Positions 21,303 to 33,058 are shown, counted from the stretch's first letter. The stretch is DNA of 64,000 bases from Bdellovibrionales bacterium (GCA_965197425.1 CBDANC010000015.1:160001-224000); one strand, 5' to 3'. Notes: generated from the letters alone by a model not told the origin. Numbers and translations: made by a program.

Positions 21303-21423
21303 AAGGAGGGTTAGCAATGAGGCAGAAAACTGGGCAACCATCAAGCAAAAAGATGTCTTGGCTACATTTGGACTTTGTCCTATATTACGCCAATCCATCT
21401 TTTAGCTTGATTAGGAAGACCTT
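21303..21423 (+). repeat. Dispersed structured element copy R5, filling the whole sufD-sufS gap
   Basis: CTGGGCAACC at 21330, stem ATCAAGC-A-AAAAGATG/CATCTTTT-A-GCTTGAT, AGGAAGACCTT directly before GTG. Confidence 0.9.
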
Positions 21424-22626
21424 GTGGATAAATTTATAAAAGATCAATTTCCTATATTAAATACCAAGATTAATTCTAAAAGATTGGTGTATCTAGATAG
21501 TGCAGCTACCAGTTTAAAGCCAAGACAAGTTATAGATAGAATATATAAACATTATTTGGAAGAGTCTTCCAATGTGCATAGAGGTGTACATCACTTAAGT
21601 GCAAATGCTACCTTAGCTTATGAAGAGACACGCAAAGGTATAAGTAAGTTTATAGGATCAAAACAATCTGAACAAATTATTTTTACTAAAGGTAGTACAG
21701 AATCATTAAATATGATAGCAAACAACTTTTTGTTATCTAAAGATGATGAAATTTTACTAACCCAGATGGAGCATCACTCCAATATTGTACCATGGTTGAA
21801 TTTATCTAAAAAACAAGGATGTAAAGTTAGATTTTTGCCAGTGCTAGAAGATGGTAGTTTAGATTTAAATAATTTAGCTAAATATTTAAATACCAAAACA
21901 AAAGTCTTTTCGTTCACTTATATCTCAAATGTTTTGGGTACAAAAAATGATATTGAATTTTTAATAAAAAAAGCAAAAGAGGTGGGCGCAATCACAATAA
22001 TAGATGCAGCACAGGCACTAGCACATGTGCCTATTGATGTAGAGAGTTTTGAATGTGATTTTTTAGTTGCATCTGCACACAAATGTTTTGGTCCAACCGG
22101 AGTTGGGTTTTTGTATGCTAAAAAAGAACATTTAGAGAAGTTTGCGCCATATCAATTTGGTGGAGCAATGATTGATGAAGTTACCACCAAACACTTTACT
22201 CTAGCTGATATACCACACAGATTTGAGGCAGGTACTCCTAATATAGCAGGAGTTATAGGTACCTTGGAAGCTATAAATTTTGTAAAAAAAATAACTTTTG
22301 AGAAAATTAGAAAACATGAGTCAGAACTGTTGAAATATGTAAAAGAAAAGTTAAATACAATAGATAAACTTAGGATATTAGCAAATCCTACAGAAGCTAT
22401 TATTTCATTTGTAATAGAAGGTTGTCACCATACAGATATAGGAGAACTTGTAGATAATCACTCTGTTGCAATTAGAGTTGGACACCACTGTTGTCAACCA
22501 TTGATGAATAGATTCGGTATAACGGGATCTATTAGAGCTTCATTTAGTGTTTATAATTGTAAAGATGATATAGATAGGCTTGTGGAGGCTTTAAAGGACT
22601 CTATAAACTTACTTACCAACACTTGA
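21424..22626 (+). CDS. sufS: Cysteine desulfurase SufS
   Basis: YLDSAAT, EHHSN, SAHKCFGPTG, RVGHHCCQP. Confidence 0.96.
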   Translation: MDKFIKDQFPILNTKINSKRLVYLDSAATSLKPRQVIDRIYKHYLEESSNVHRGVHHLSANATLAYEETRKGISKFIGSKQSEQIIFTKGSTESLNMIANNFLLSKDDEILLTQMEHHSNIVPWLNLSKKQGCKVRFLPVLEDGSLDLNNLAKYLNTKTKVFSFTYISNVLGTKNDIEFLIKKAKEVGAITIIDAAQALAHVPIDVESFECDFLVASAHKCFGPTGVGFLYAKKEHLEKFAPYQFGGAMIDEVTTKHFTLADIPHRFEAGTPNIAGVIGTLEAINFVKKITFEKIRKHESELLKYVKEKLNTIDKLRILANPTEAIISFVIEGCHHTDIGELVDNHSVAIRVGHHCCQPLMNRFGITGSIRASFSVYNCKDDIDRLVEALKDSINLLTNT

Positions 22627-22664
22627 ACTTTACATGATACTATAACCTTGTTATCTATAAAAGA

Positions 22665-23231
22665 ATGTGGAAGAAAAATAAAACCAATATACTAATTGAA
22701 CCTACCCCTAACCCCAATGCTCTTAAATTTGTGTTGGACACAGAAGTTATAGATAGGGGTAAAGCCAGTTTTAATGATATAGGTGAATGTGATCATATAC
22801 CTCTAGCAAGAGATATTATATCCATCGAAGGTGTTTTGCAGGTACACTTATTTGAAAATGTCATAAGTGTAACTAAAAGTGATTTAGAGTGGGATGAACT
22901 GACCCCTAAAATAGAGTCAGTGATCGTAACAAGACTTCCATCTCACGACATCAACTTCAACCAAAAGCAAGAAGAACAGCAGGTTAAAAAGAGAGAAAAT
23001 TTGCCTTTAGAAATTCAACAAATTGAAGATATTTTGGATGATACCGTAAGGATAGGTTTAAGAGCGGATGGGGGAGATATAGAAGTATTGGAGCTGGAAG
23101 ATAACAGGCTTTATGTCAAATATGAAGGAGCTTGTGGAACATGCCCTAGTGCTACCACTGGAACTTTATATGTCATAGAGGCAATTCTAAAGGATAGATT
23201 TAACCCTGAAATAGAAGTAATAGCTGTATAA
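22665..23231 (+). CDS. NifU/Nfu-family Fe-S carrier
   Basis: PTPNPNALKF N-domain, DGGDI...GACGTCPS. Confidence 0.92.
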   Translation: MWKKNKTNILIEPTPNPNALKFVLDTEVIDRGKASFNDIGECDHIPLARDIISIEGVLQVHLFENVISVTKSDLEWDELTPKIESVIVTRLPSHDINFNQKQEEQQVKKRENLPLEIQQIEDILDDTVRIGLRADGGDIEVLELEDNRLYVKYEGACGTCPSATTGTLYVIEAILKDRFNPEIEVIAV

Positions 23232-23239
23232 CTTACCTT

Positions 23240-23464
23240 ATGGAAAGTGGTTTATAGTCCACATAAAGTGCTGGGCAACCATTCGGTCAAAAGATGTCTT
23301 GGTTTCACTTGGACTTTGTCCTGCGTTTCACCAACCCATCTTGTTGACCTCGTTCGGAAGACCTTACGGAAAGTGGTTTATAGTCCACATAAAGTGCTGG
23401 GCAACCACTCGGCAGAAAAAAGTAGGCAGAGCCTCCTTATTTTTTGCCTCGTTAGGAAGACCTT
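23240..23464 (+). repeat. Tandem pair of dispersed elements R6 and R7
   Basis: Near-identical 31-nt leaders (23240-23270, 23366-23396), each after ACCTT, with different hairpins. Both end GGAAGACCTT. Confidence 0.93.
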
Positions 23465-23589
23465 TGACTTTAGTTTTATCTTATTTTTATTTTTCCTAAT
23501 TCAGACCAATTTTATTTACTTTTATTTGATCTTACCTACAAAATCCAATAGATCAAAGCTTGAACTTTTATTCTAAGGATTTTTTAACT

Positions 23590-24795
23590 ATGCCAAAATC
23601 AATTTTAATTGTGGCCTTTACAGTGCTGGTTGATTTAATTGGTTTTGGAATAATAATACCTCTTAGTCCTTACCTTGCAAAAGAGGTTGGAGCAACAAGT
23701 TTTGAGATTGGACTATTAATGTCCATATACTCAGTTATGCAATTTTTTTTCTCACCCATGTGGGGAAAAATTAGTGATAGATATGGAAGACGACCAATAA
23801 TTTTAATCACATTAGTAGGCTCTTCTCTTTCACATATTGCTTTTGCATTTTCTACAGATCTTCTTTTTTTATTCTTAGCTAGAGGTTTAGCAGGTTTTTT
23901 TGGAAGTACGATATCCGTAGCAAGTGCATACATTGCTGATAAAACTGATGAGCACTCTCGATCAAAAAATATGGGTTTAATAGGTGCAGCATTTGGAATA
24001 GGATTTGTGGTAGGACCAATTATATCAGGTTCTCTATCCTACTGGGGGAAAAACTTAGGATTTAGTGATGCTTTTTTAATTGGCTTTCCTGCACTTGGTG
24101 CGGCTCTAATAGCATTGTTAAACTTTATATTTGCATACTTCAAACTACCAGAGAGCTTGGATACAAAAGATACAAGCCAAAAAAATAACAGAGATAGAGT
24201 ATTTATTTTTGATTGGTACTCACTAGTAGGAAAAATACTAATAGTATCCTTGATATGTGCTATTGGTATGGGACAAATGGAATCCACACTGGCTTTGTTG
24301 GTTAAAGAAGTATTTAATTGGTCAGTTATAAAGACAAGCTTTGCCTTTGGATATATGGGGGTCATTCTAGCGTTTTCAAATGGTGTATTACACAGAAAGC
24401 TCATACCAGTAATAGGAGAAAGGCTAGTATTAACTTTTGGGTTAATTTTAACTTCACTAAGTATGTTTATGATCTCTATTTCTGAAAATATACCTACACT
24501 ATCTGTTGCTGTAACTTTTCTGGCTATAGGCTCAGGACTAGTAAACCCTAGTATACTTGGAATATTAAGCCTCTCTTTTTCAAAAAAAAGACAAGGATTC
24601 ATAATGGGTGTGTATCAAAGCTATGCTTCATTAGGAAGGATTATAGGACCACTAGCAGGAGGGTATTTATTTGATGCTTGGGGATATAAATCTCCATACC
24701 AAACATCATCCATATACATATTGGTATCACTTATTATTGTACTGACTATCTACAAAAAAATTCCAACTAAAGGAAAAACTAAAACTGAGACTTAA
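23590..24795 (+). CDS. MFS transporter (TetA/DHA1-like)
   Basis: [34 protein letters not shown]. Confidence 0.9.
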   Translation: MPKSILIVAFTVLVDLIGFGIIIPLSPYLAKEVGATSFEIGLLMSIYSVMQFFFSPMWGKISDRYGRRPIILITLVGSSLSHIAFAFSTDLLFLFLARGLAGFFGSTISVASAYIADKTDEHSRSKNMGLIGAAFGIGFVVGPIISGSLSYWGKNLGFSDAFLIGFPALGAALIALLNFIFAYFKLPESLDTKDTSQKNNRDRVFIFDWYSLVGKILIVSLICAIGMGQMESTLALLVKEVFNWSVIKTSFAFGYMGVILAFSNGVLHRKLIPVIGERLVLTFGLILTSLSMFMISISENIPTLSVAVTFLAIGSGLVNPSILGILSLSFSKKRQGFIMGVYQSYASLGRIIGPLAGGYLFDAWGYKSPYQTSSIYILVSLIIVLTIYKKIPTKGKTKTET

Positions 24796-25513
24796 GATAA
24801 AGTTTATTTAACTCGGCAATAGCTTTAACACTAATTTCTTTAGGACAAGTTGCTTCGCATGCTTTAGTGCTAGAGCAAAAACCAAAACCCTCCTTGTCCA
24901 TTTGATTTACCATTTTTACTACTCTATTTTTTTCAATTTTTCCCTGGGGAAGAGAATTAAGATGAGCAATCTTAGCCCCCACAAAGAGCATAGCTGATGC
25001 ATTTTTGCAGGCAGCTACACAAGCGCCACAACCTATACAGGCAGCAAAATCCATTGCCACATCAGCTTGCTTTTTTTCTACTGGTATGCTGTTAGCATCT
25101 GGTGCAGAACCTGTAGATACAGATATAAAACCACCGCTTTGAATTATCCTATCAAATGAACTTCTATCAACAACAAGATCACTTATTACCTTAAAAGGTT
25201 TAGCTCTAAATGGTTCGATGGTAATAACATCACCATCATTGAAATGTCGCATGTGAAGCTGACAAGTGGTAACTCCCTTAACCGGTCCATGTGGATTACC
25301 GTCTATAGTCATTGAGCATGTACCACAAATACCTTCTCTACAGTCGTGATCAAAATTTACAGGACGCTCTCCCTTTTTAATAAGAGAAAGGTTAAGTACA
25401 TCCAACATTTCTAAAAAAGACATATCAGGATTAACATCCTTCAAATCATATTCCACCAGCTTTCCATTTGAGGTTGCGTCTTTTTGTCTCCAAATTCTAA
25501 GTTTTAGGTTCAT
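24779..25513 (-). CDS. sdhB: Succinate dehydrogenase/fumarate reductase Fe-S subunit
   Basis: [23 protein letters not shown]. Start ATG 25513. Confidence 0.95.
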   Translation of the reverse strand: MNLKLRIWRQKDATSNGKLVEYDLKDVNPDMSFLEMLDVLNLSLIKKGERPVNFDHDCREGICGTCSMTIDGNPHGPVKGVTTCQLHMRHFNDGDVITIEPFRAKPFKVISDLVVDRSSFDRIIQSGGFISVSTGSAPDANSIPVEKKQADVAMDFAACIGCGACVAACKNASAMLFVGAKIAHLNSLPQGKIEKNRVVKMVNQMDKEGFGFCSSTKACEATCPKEISVKAIAELNKLYLKSQF

Positions 25514-25526
25514 ATTAAAGGTCTTC

Positions 25527-27437
25527 CTACTTATAACTTCTCTTTGTGGGTTTGATATATTCAAAGCTCAAATTTTCTTTGTGTAAAGTTGGATCTTTTT
25601 CGTTGTACTGCCAAGCAGAGACATGAGAAAAATTATCATCATCTCTTAGTGCTTCACCGTCAGGAGCTTGATACTCTTCTCTAAAATGTCCACCGCAAGA
25701 CTCTTTTCTAATCAGAGCATCTTTTGTCATAAGTTCTCCTAAATCTATAAAATCCAAAAGTCTTCCAGCATGTTCTAACTCTGCATTTAATTCGCGATCA
25801 TCTCCTACTATCTTTAGATCATTTTTACATTCATCTCTCAAATTTTGTATTTGTTCGATAGCTTTTTTAAGACCAGTTTCGTTCCTAGACATACCTACAT
25901 TATCCCACATTATGTTACCTAGTTTTTTATGAAGCTCCATAGGAGACTTACTACCATTGGTGTTTTTTAATTTTTGTATATTGTTGTTTACTAGATTTTC
26001 AGCTTCTACAAATTCATTTTGATCTGTAGTTATATCTTTTAGATCGGTATTTGCCAAAAAATTTCCTATTGTATATGGGATAACAAAATATCCATCAACC
26101 AAACCCTGCATCAATGCAGAGGCTCCAAGTCTGTTAGCCCCATGATCAGAAAAGTTACATTCACCTAAAGCAAAAAGGCCTTGTGTGGTTGTCATTAAAT
26201 TATAATCCACCCATAATCCACCCATAGTATAATGAACAGCAGGGTAGATACGCATTGGTTTATTATAAGGGTTATCTCCTGTAATTTTCTCGTACATATG
26301 AAATAGATTTCCATACTTAGCTTCGATAACTTCTTTGCCATCTCTTTTAATGGCATCTTTGAAATCAAGATATACAGATAATCTTGTGTCTCCAACTCCA
26401 AACCCATCATCACAAATACTCTTTGCAGCTCTTGAAGCCACATCCCTAGGCACTAAATTTCCAAAACTAGGATATCTTCTTTCTAAATAATAATCTCTAT
26501 CACTTTCAGGAATTTCCCAGGCCTTTCTTTTGTCGTCTTTATTTTTAGGAACCCAAACCCTGCCGTCATTTCTCAACGACTCAGACATCAAAGTTAATTT
26601 TGACTGATAATCGCCAGAGACAGGAATACAGGTTGGATGAATCTGTGTGTAACAAGGGTTTGCAAACAAAGCCCCTTTCCTATAAGCCCTGAAGGAAGCC
26701 GTAACATTAGATGCCTTAGCATTTGTGGAAAGATAAAATACATTGCCATAACCACCAGTGGCTAGGACAACAGCATGAGCAGAATAACGTTCTAGCTTTC
26801 CATCAACTAAATTTCGTACAATTATTCCACGAGCCTTGTCATCGATCACAACGAGATCCAACATTTCCCTTCTGGTAAGGATTTTAAGCTTCCCAGTGGA
26901 TACTTGCCTGGATAAAGCGCTATAGGCACCCAACAAAAGTTGCTGACCAGTCTGCCCTCTTGCATAAAAAGTTCTCTTTACCTGAGCACCGCCAAATGAT
27001 CTATTGTCTAAGTAACCACTATACTCTCTAGCAAACGGAACACCTTGAGCTACTGCCTGATCAATTATATTCAAAGAAAGCTCTGAAAGGCGGTACACAT
27101 TAGATTCTCTTGCTCTAAAATCGCCACCCTTAATTGTGTCATAAAATAATCTGTAAACACTATCACCATCATTTTGATAGTTTTTGGCGGCATTAATACC
27201 ACCCTGAGCTGCTATAGAATGAGCTCGTCTGGGGCTGTCTTGAATACAAAGGCAAGTTACATTATAACCCAATTCTGCTAAGCTTGCGCCAGCAGACGCT
27301 CCAGCAAGACCCGTGCCTACAACTATTATGTTAAACTTTCTTTTGTTGTTTGGAGAAACAATACTCATATTAAACTTATGAGTACGCCATCTGTCTTCAA
27401 TAGGACCTGATGGTGAGTGAGAATCTAAATTTACCAC
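25527..27437 (-). CDS. sdhA: Succinate dehydrogenase/fumarate reductase flavoprotein
   Basis: [29 protein letters not shown]. Probable GTG start at 27437. Confidence 0.95.
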   Translation of the reverse strand: MVNLDSHSPSGPIEDRWRTHKFNMSIVSPNNKRKFNIIVVGTGLAGASAGASLAELGYNVTCLCIQDSPRRAHSIAAQGGINAAKNYQNDGDSVYRLFYDTIKGGDFRARESNVYRLSELSLNIIDQAVAQGVPFAREYSGYLDNRSFGGAQVKRTFYARGQTGQQLLLGAYSALSRQVSTGKLKILTRREMLDLVVIDDKARGIIVRNLVDGKLERYSAHAVVLATGGYGNVFYLSTNAKASNVTASFRAYRKGALFANPCYTQIHPTCIPVSGDYQSKLTLMSESLRNDGRVWVPKNKDDKRKAWEIPESDRDYYLERRYPSFGNLVPRDVASRAAKSICDDGFGVGDTRLSVYLDFKDAIKRDGKEVIEAKYGNLFHMYEKITGDNPYNKPMRIYPAVHYTMGGLWVDYNLMTTTQGLFALGECNFSDHGANRLGASALMQGLVDGYFVIPYTIGNFLANTDLKDITTDQNEFVEAENLVNNNIQKLKNTNGSKSPMELHKKLGNIMWDNVGMSRNETGLKKAIEQIQNLRDECKNDLKIVGDDRELNAELEHAGRLLDFIDLGELMTKDALIRKESCGGHFREEYQAPDGEALRDDDNFSHVSAWQYNEKDPTLHKENLSFEYIKPTKRSYK

Positions 27438-28111
27438 ATTGGCCCCTTTAAATAGAGATAAATGGGTGGAATACAAAAACCAACACCTACAATCATACCA
27501 TAAACAAAACTAAATTTTCTTACCATAGAATCATATTTTACGCTGTAAAGTCCGAGCGATTGAAGGCTAGAACTAATGCCGTTAGATAAATGAAAACCCA
27601 ATATTAAAACTGTAACACAATAAAAGGAAACATAGGGAAAACCTTGAAACTTCTCAACCACTAGACGAAAGATATCTCTTATTTCCGTCGTATCATAAGT
27701 TACATGATATACAGTACCAAACTTAAAGCTAACCAAGTGTATAATGATAAATAACAAAATTAGAATACCCTGATATTTCATTGTTTTAGCAATAAAACTT
27801 GTACCCTTATCTCCACTAGATGAAACTATGCCTCCAGACTTTGCCTTGGAGTTTTTAATACTAACACTTATAGCAAAAACTATGTGAGTAAGAAGCAAAA
27901 ATAGAAGAGCAGCTTCCATCAAATAAATCCCAGGATTTGATACAATCGAATGAGAGTATTTATTGTAAACCTCGGCACCTGCAAAAATTAATAGGTTGCC
28001 AGCCATATGGCTTAAAACAAATAAAGCCCAGCCTATGCCAGATACTGCCATTAACTGCTTCTGACCGACAGAGGAAAACGCATACTTTAGTAAGTTAGAC
28101 ATATTAAACAT
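27431..28111 (-). CDS. sdhC: Succinate dehydrogenase cytochrome b subunit
   Basis: [19 protein letters not shown], His-bearing TM helices. Confidence 0.92.
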   Translation of the reverse strand: MFNMSNLLKYAFSSVGQKQLMAVSGIGWALFVLSHMAGNLLIFAGAEVYNKYSHSIVSNPGIYLMEAALLFLLLTHIVFAISVSIKNSKAKSGGIVSSSGDKGTSFIAKTMKYQGILILLFIIIHLVSFKFGTVYHVTYDTTEIRDIFRLVVEKFQGFPYVSFYCVTVLILGFHLSNGISSSLQSLGLYSVKYDSMVRKFSFVYGMIVGVGFCIPPIYLYLKGPMW

Positions 28112-28266
28112 ACCCCATATAGGGCAATCTAATAAAAATTTAAGTTAATGTCATTTAAAATTTAAACTAGCTGACCGCCACCAGCCTGTTCCAAGGAAGC
28201 CCTCGGTAACCTGATAGCCCCTGTTATATCACCTAGTTTTTTTGTCTTGGAGATGGCCTGCTCTTT

Positions 28267-29319
28267 CTATTCATCAAAATGAGCAGATCTAGTTTGCATT
28301 CCATGTTTTCTCTTATAATTACGAACCAATCTATTTAGATCAAAGGAATCAGTATTAACAGTCTCGGCAATCTCTGCTACATTGCCTGAATCCATGGCCC
28401 ATTCGATCATAGTTTCCTTATCTTCATCAGAAAATCTATCAAGAGGTTTATAGTTAGGTTGCGCATGAAGTTTGTTTCTATAATTATTGACCCAATTACG
28501 CAGGGTTTGTTCGATCATCCCCAAATATCTTGCAGCCTCTGCTGTATTGCCTAACTCTATAGCCAGCTGAATAGCAATGGCCTTTTGCTCCTTTAAATAC
28601 CTACCATAGGTATTATTATCAGTGTTCCTAGCATTTCTAATCTGAATATTTCGTATTTCTTCATGTTCACGAATCCAATTGTATAGAGTTGGTTGAGGAA
28701 TTTTCAATAACCTTGCAGCCTCTGTCACATTACCATCCGTTTTTTTTACCAACTTAATAGCAAGCTGACTTTGATTGGCTGAATAAACCCTGCCTCTTTC
28801 AAGAGGATTTGTAATACTGTTGAACTCAGAGACTATGCTTTCAATCTCACGATCACGAACAATACGAACATTGTAAAATTCGTCAATGAGAGCTTGAACC
28901 CTACCTACCCTATCTTTATCTGTATGTTCATAAGAAGAAACTATATAACTTTCAATATTTGTAACCTGTGAACCGTTGGTCTTTTCATTATCAATTAACC
29001 ACCCAATGTCAGCCTCAGGAATGTCTAATATAATAGAAACTTCGCTTATATCTCTATCAAATGCTTCTACCAACTCAATGATATAGGCTCTTCGTTCATC
29101 TGAATATCCGTTAGTGGAAGGAGGAAGCTTATTATACTCGCTAATAACATATTGTAATTCAATAATATAAGCTTCAAGAGCGGATGCCTCAGAAGATTGT
29201 GTAAGTGCATCCCGACAGGATGCATCTGACCCATTATTTAATTCTAACCCAGATGCATAGGCAGAAATAACAAATGTATTGGAAAGCACTAAAGCTATTT
29301 GTAATAAGTTAAAAATCAT
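28267..29319 (-). CDS. Signal-peptide protein with about four IS3-OrfA-like HTH repeats
   Basis: MIFNLLQIALVLSNTFVISAYA, then repeats such as GNVTEAARLLKIPQPTLYNWI and GNTAEAARYLGMIEQTLRNWV. Confidence 0.75.
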   Translation of the reverse strand: MIFNLLQIALVLSNTFVISAYASGLELNNGSDASCRDALTQSSEASALEAYIIELQYVISEYNKLPPSTNGYSDERRAYIIELVEAFDRDISEVSIILDIPEADIGWLIDNEKTNGSQVTNIESYIVSSYEHTDKDRVGRVQALIDEFYNVRIVRDREIESIVSEFNSITNPLERGRVYSANQSQLAIKLVKKTDGNVTEAARLLKIPQPTLYNWIREHEEIRNIQIRNARNTDNNTYGRYLKEQKAIAIQLAIELGNTAEAARYLGMIEQTLRNWVNNYRNKLHAQPNYKPLDRFSDEDKETMIEWAMDSGNVAEIAETVNTDSFDLNRLVRNYKRKHGMQTRSAHFDE

Positions 29320-29418
29320 TATGTCCTACTATTTTGAATGTTGTTTCTTTTAACGAACTCAACTTAAACTTATTGGTGATAAAGTTTGTTGGTAAACGGA
29401 GGTACACCTTATCATATT

Positions 29419-30107
29419 TTATACTTTACCAGGATAGAAACCATGAGATGGAAAGTCGTTGTGAAATCTTTTTAAGTACTGCGTAAGTAAGTTTGATAAT
29501 TTTTCTAAATCAACACGAACCTGGTGAAACTTATCAACCATTGCTTGAGCCCTCTTTTCTTCATCTGCATGTTGGTATGAAGGGGCTACATCAGTTCCAA
29601 CCTCGCTGCCTTTAGGACTACCCTTAGAAGGGCTACCCTTAGATTCTGTTTAAATTGTTCTACTTCAGGACCTTGTAAACCATTTAGGTGCTGTGCAAAT
29701 TGTACTAAATCAACACTAACCTGGTGAAACTTATCAACCATTGCTTGAGCCTTCTTTTCATGAGCACTTAATAACCATGAATTAAGCTTAACTTCAGGAA
29801 TGTCTAATAGAATAGAAATAATAGAAATGTCGTTATCTCCATCAAATGCTTCTATCAACTCAATGGCATAGGTTTTTTGTTCATCTGAATATCCATTTAC
29901 GGAAGGAGCAATTTTATTATACTCACCAGTAATGTATTTAAATTCAGTAATAATTGCGAACAGAGTATCTGACTCTTCATCAGAATATTGCGTAAGAGCA
30001 TTCTTACAAGGATCTGTCACACTATCTGGTTCTAACCCAGATGCATAGGCAGAAATAACAAATGTATTGGAAAGCACTAAAGCTATTTGTAATAAGCTAA
30101 GAATCAT
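29419..30107 (-). pseudogene. Truncated, frameshifted paralog of 28267-29319
   Basis: Near-identical signal peptide and upstream DNA. ORF stops at 29586 but homology (SYQHADEEKRAQAMVDKFHQVRV) continues in another frame. Confidence 0.65.
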
Positions 30108-30271
30108 TAGGTCCTACTATTTTAAATGGTGCTTCTTTTAACAAACTTGGCTTAAACTTGTGGGTGATAAAGTTTGTTGGCAAACAGAAATATATCCTAT
30201 CATATTTTATACTTTACCAGGCTAGAAACCATGATGTGGACAGTCGCTGTGAAATCTTTTTAGACACCGTG

Positions 30272-30307
30272 TAATAAGTTTAATAAGTTTAATAAGTTTA
30301 ATAATTG
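30272..30307. repeat. 9-bp tandem repeat (TAATAAGTT)x3 plus one degenerate unit
   Basis: Seen directly, at the edge of the duplicated block. Confidence 0.8.
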
Positions 30308-30334
30308 TATCGTTGATTAAAAAATAATGTTTTG

Positions 30335-31222
30335 TCAAATTCCAACTTGACCCACTTTAGAGGGCAGCATGAAATACTTTGAGAGCCAACGATTTACCCT
30401 CAATAATTGTTTTAAATCAACATCTGTCTTGTAATCCATTTGATTTAAGAAAAAAACTAAGTCTTCAGTAGCTAAATTTCCAGTTGCACCTTTAGCATAA
30501 GGACAACCACCCATACCACCTATACTAGAATCAAAACATCTTATTCCAAACTCTAAACTTTCTTTCACATTGACAATAGCCATGCCTCTTGTATCGTGAA
30601 AGTGCATTGCAATTTTTTTATTAGGTATATGCTTTAAGATTTTTTTTAATAAACCCCCAACTTCTCTAGGAGTAGCCGCACCTATGGTGTCTCCAATGGA
30701 GATTTCACTACAACCTGAACTAACCAATCTTTTCGCTATATTCACAACCTTTTGATATTTTATTCTGCCTTCATAGGGGCAAAAAAATGCACAACTTATG
30801 TAAGCCCTAAGTTTTATCCTGTGCTTCTTAGCAAGCTTACTTATGACATTTAGCCTAGTAAAGCTTTGTTTGATTGTGCAGTTTATGTTCTTACTGTTAA
30901 AAGTCTCACTTGCCGAAGTAAAAAAAGCCACTTCTTTAATTCCAGTATCCATGGCATCATGCATTCCATGTTCATTAGGAACAAGGGCAGAAAACCGTAC
31001 ACCATCAGTATTATCTGACATAACTTTTTTTATAACAGATTTCGAGTTGGTCATCTGAGGTACTCGCTTAGGTGATACAAAAGAACCAGCCTCTATTCTT
31101 TTAAGACCAGTCTGACTTAATTTTTTAATTAGATTATATTTAAGATTAGCTGATAAAATTTTAGTTTCATTTTGTAAGCCATCTCTAGGCCCAACTTCTA
31201 CCAATGTTACAAAACTTTTCAT
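30335..31222 (-). CDS. liuE: Hydroxymethylglutaryl-CoA lyase
   Basis: EVGPRDGLQNE, HFHDT, GGCPYAKGATGN. Confidence 0.95.
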   Translation of the reverse strand: MKSFVTLVEVGPRDGLQNETKILSANLKYNLIKKLSQTGLKRIEAGSFVSPKRVPQMTNSKSVIKKVMSDNTDGVRFSALVPNEHGMHDAMDTGIKEVAFFTSASETFNSKNINCTIKQSFTRLNVISKLAKKHRIKLRAYISCAFFCPYEGRIKYQKVVNIAKRLVSSGCSEISIGDTIGAATPREVGGLLKKILKHIPNKKIAMHFHDTRGMAIVNVKESLEFGIRCFDSSIGGMGGCPYAKGATGNLATEDLVFFLNQMDYKTDVDLKQLLRVNRWLSKYFMLPSKVGQVGI

Positions 31223-31227
31223 TGTTG

Positions 31228-33051
31228 CTACACTACCTCAGGTTCAAGTTCTACCAAAATGTCACCCTTTTTTACTTGATCATCCTTTTTTATATTTACA
31301 CCACATACTACAGAATTTAAATGTACTTTTACAACATACTCCATTTTCATTGCCTCCATAACCAACACAACATCACCTGCCTTTAATTTGTCCCCTTTTT
31401 TAACCGAGACATTAGTAATTTTTCCAGGCATGAAAGCCTTTATAATGTTGTCTCTTCCTCCTGAAAGCAAAATGTCATCTTTTGATTTGCAAAACCAAGA
31501 ATCTAAAAAATCATCGCCTGAAACACAATGTATCCAAAGATCCTCTCCACTGTTAATATAACTAACGTCAATAATTCTACCTGATACTACAAAATGTGAC
31601 TTTTTAAAAATACTACGGGGTTTTATTTTATTTTTTATAAATGGTGATCTACTATCATCGATAGTTTCTAAATTGTTTACCTCTTTTTTTATTAAAAACT
31701 CTAGATACCTTTTATCCAACGTATCTTCTTTTACCTGAAAATAATCTGTGAAATTAGTAGAAGCAAGAGAACTTAAAAAAGTTTTATGATTTATTATGTT
31801 ACTCAAAATATTTAAGTTTGTATCAACTCCAAATACAATGTAATTTTTAAAAGCAAGGTTTAATTTTTTAATACAATCTTCCCTAGTATCAGCATGTACT
31901 ATTAACTTAGAAAACATGGAATCATAAAACTCCACAATTGTGTGATCAGTATCAAAACCATCATCACACCTAAGAGCAGATTTATCAAAACTGTAATGTA
32001 GAATTTTTCCTGTACTAGGAACACCATTGCTTTCAGCATAAACCCTACACTCTATAGCATGTCCTTTGGGTTTTATACCTTCAAGGCTGCTTGGAAGTTT
32101 TCCCTTACTTGCGATATAAATTTGTAACTCTACCAAATCTAAATCTAAGATCATTTCTGTTACAGGATGTTCTACCTGTAACCTGGTGTTCATTTCTAAA
32201 AAATAAAAATTATTTTCAAATAACAAAAACTCTACTGTACCAGCATTTCTATAACCTACAGCTTTAGCTGCTTTAATTGCAGAGGCTGCCATACGTTGTC
32301 TCAAATCAGAAGTGAGGGCAGGGCAAGGGGCTTCTTCAATTACCTTTTGATGTCTTCTTTGAACACTGCACTCTCTCTCATATAAGTGAACCACATTTTT
32401 TCCATCACCCAAAATTTGAAACTCAACATGCTTGGCCCCATCTAAGTACTTTTCTAAAAAAATTTTTCCAGAATTAAATGAGGCTTCTGATTCTCTTCTG
32501 GCAGACTCAAGGTTTTTGTGAAAATCAGATTCACTTCTGCAAATTCTTATCCCTCTACCACCACCTCCAAAACTAGCTTTTATTAATAACGGAAAACCGA
32601 TACGCTTGGCTTCCTTCAACAAGGTATCCTTATCTTGAATATCTTCATTATAACCAGGGATAATTGGAATACCTGCTTTTTTACACAATCTTCTTGCGGT
32701 AGTTTTATCACCCATTTTAGAAATAGTATCAGCACTAGGACCTATAAAAATAATACCTGTATCTTCCACACGTTCTGCAAAAGTAGCATTCTCAGATAAA
32801 AATCCAAACCCTGGATGAACGGCATCTGCTTTGGATTTTTCTAAACCAACCAAAACCTTGTCTATATCCAGATAACTGTCGTGAGGTCCTATCAAAATAC
32901 ATTCATCAGCTTCAAAATATGCTTTCGTATTTTTTTCATCTACATCAGAATACAAAAGTACAGTCTTGATCCCCAGCTTCTTACAGGTCTTTATGATCCT
33001 TAAAGCTACTTCACCTCTATTGGCTATCGCTATTTTATTAATTTCACCCAC
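31228..33051 (-). CDS. liuD: 3-methylcrotonyl-CoA carboxylase alpha subunit (biotin carboxylase plus biotinyl domain)
   Basis: IANRGE, RECSVQRRHQK, EMNTRLQVEHPVTE, EAMKME, cluster context. Confidence 0.88.
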   Translation of the reverse strand: MGEINKIAIANRGEVALRIIKTCKKLGIKTVLLYSDVDEKNTKAYFEADECILIGPHDSYLDIDKVLVGLEKSKADAVHPGFGFLSENATFAERVEDTGIIFIGPSADTISKMGDKTTARRLCKKAGIPIIPGYNEDIQDKDTLLKEAKRIGFPLLIKASFGGGGRGIRICRSESDFHKNLESARRESEASFNSGKIFLEKYLDGAKHVEFQILGDGKNVVHLYERECSVQRRHQKVIEEAPCPALTSDLRQRMAASAIKAAKAVGYRNAGTVEFLLFENNFYFLEMNTRLQVEHPVTEMILDLDLVELQIYIASKGKLPSSLEGIKPKGHAIECRVYAESNGVPSTGKILHYSFDKSALRCDDGFDTDHTIVEFYDSMFSKLIVHADTREDCIKKLNLAFKNYIVFGVDTNLNILSNIINHKTFLSSLASTNFTDYFQVKEDTLDKRYLEFLIKKEVNNLETIDDSRSPFIKNKIKPRSIFKKSHFVVSGRIIDVSYINSGEDLWIHCVSGDDFLDSWFCKSKDDILLSGGRDNIIKAFMPGKITNVSVKKGDKLKAGDVVLVMEAMKMEYVVKVHLNSVVCGVNIKKDDQVKKGDILVELEPEVV

Positions 33052-33058
33052 TGTATTG

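Noticed and set aside
23247..23576. Small ORFs at 23247, 23299, 51978, 52050 and 52213, and the N-terminal extensions of cusA, rluB and sdhB in the ORF track
   Set aside because: They are translations of the non-coding repeat elements or of overlapping genes.
28160..28266. Possible degenerate 8-mer tract between sdhC and the HTH gene (also near 63440)
   Set aside because: Periodicity is too weak to call by eye.
28267..29319. IS3-family transposase or insertion sequence
   Set aside because: No DDE OrfB and no terminal inverted repeats, and it carries a signal-peptide-like N-terminus.
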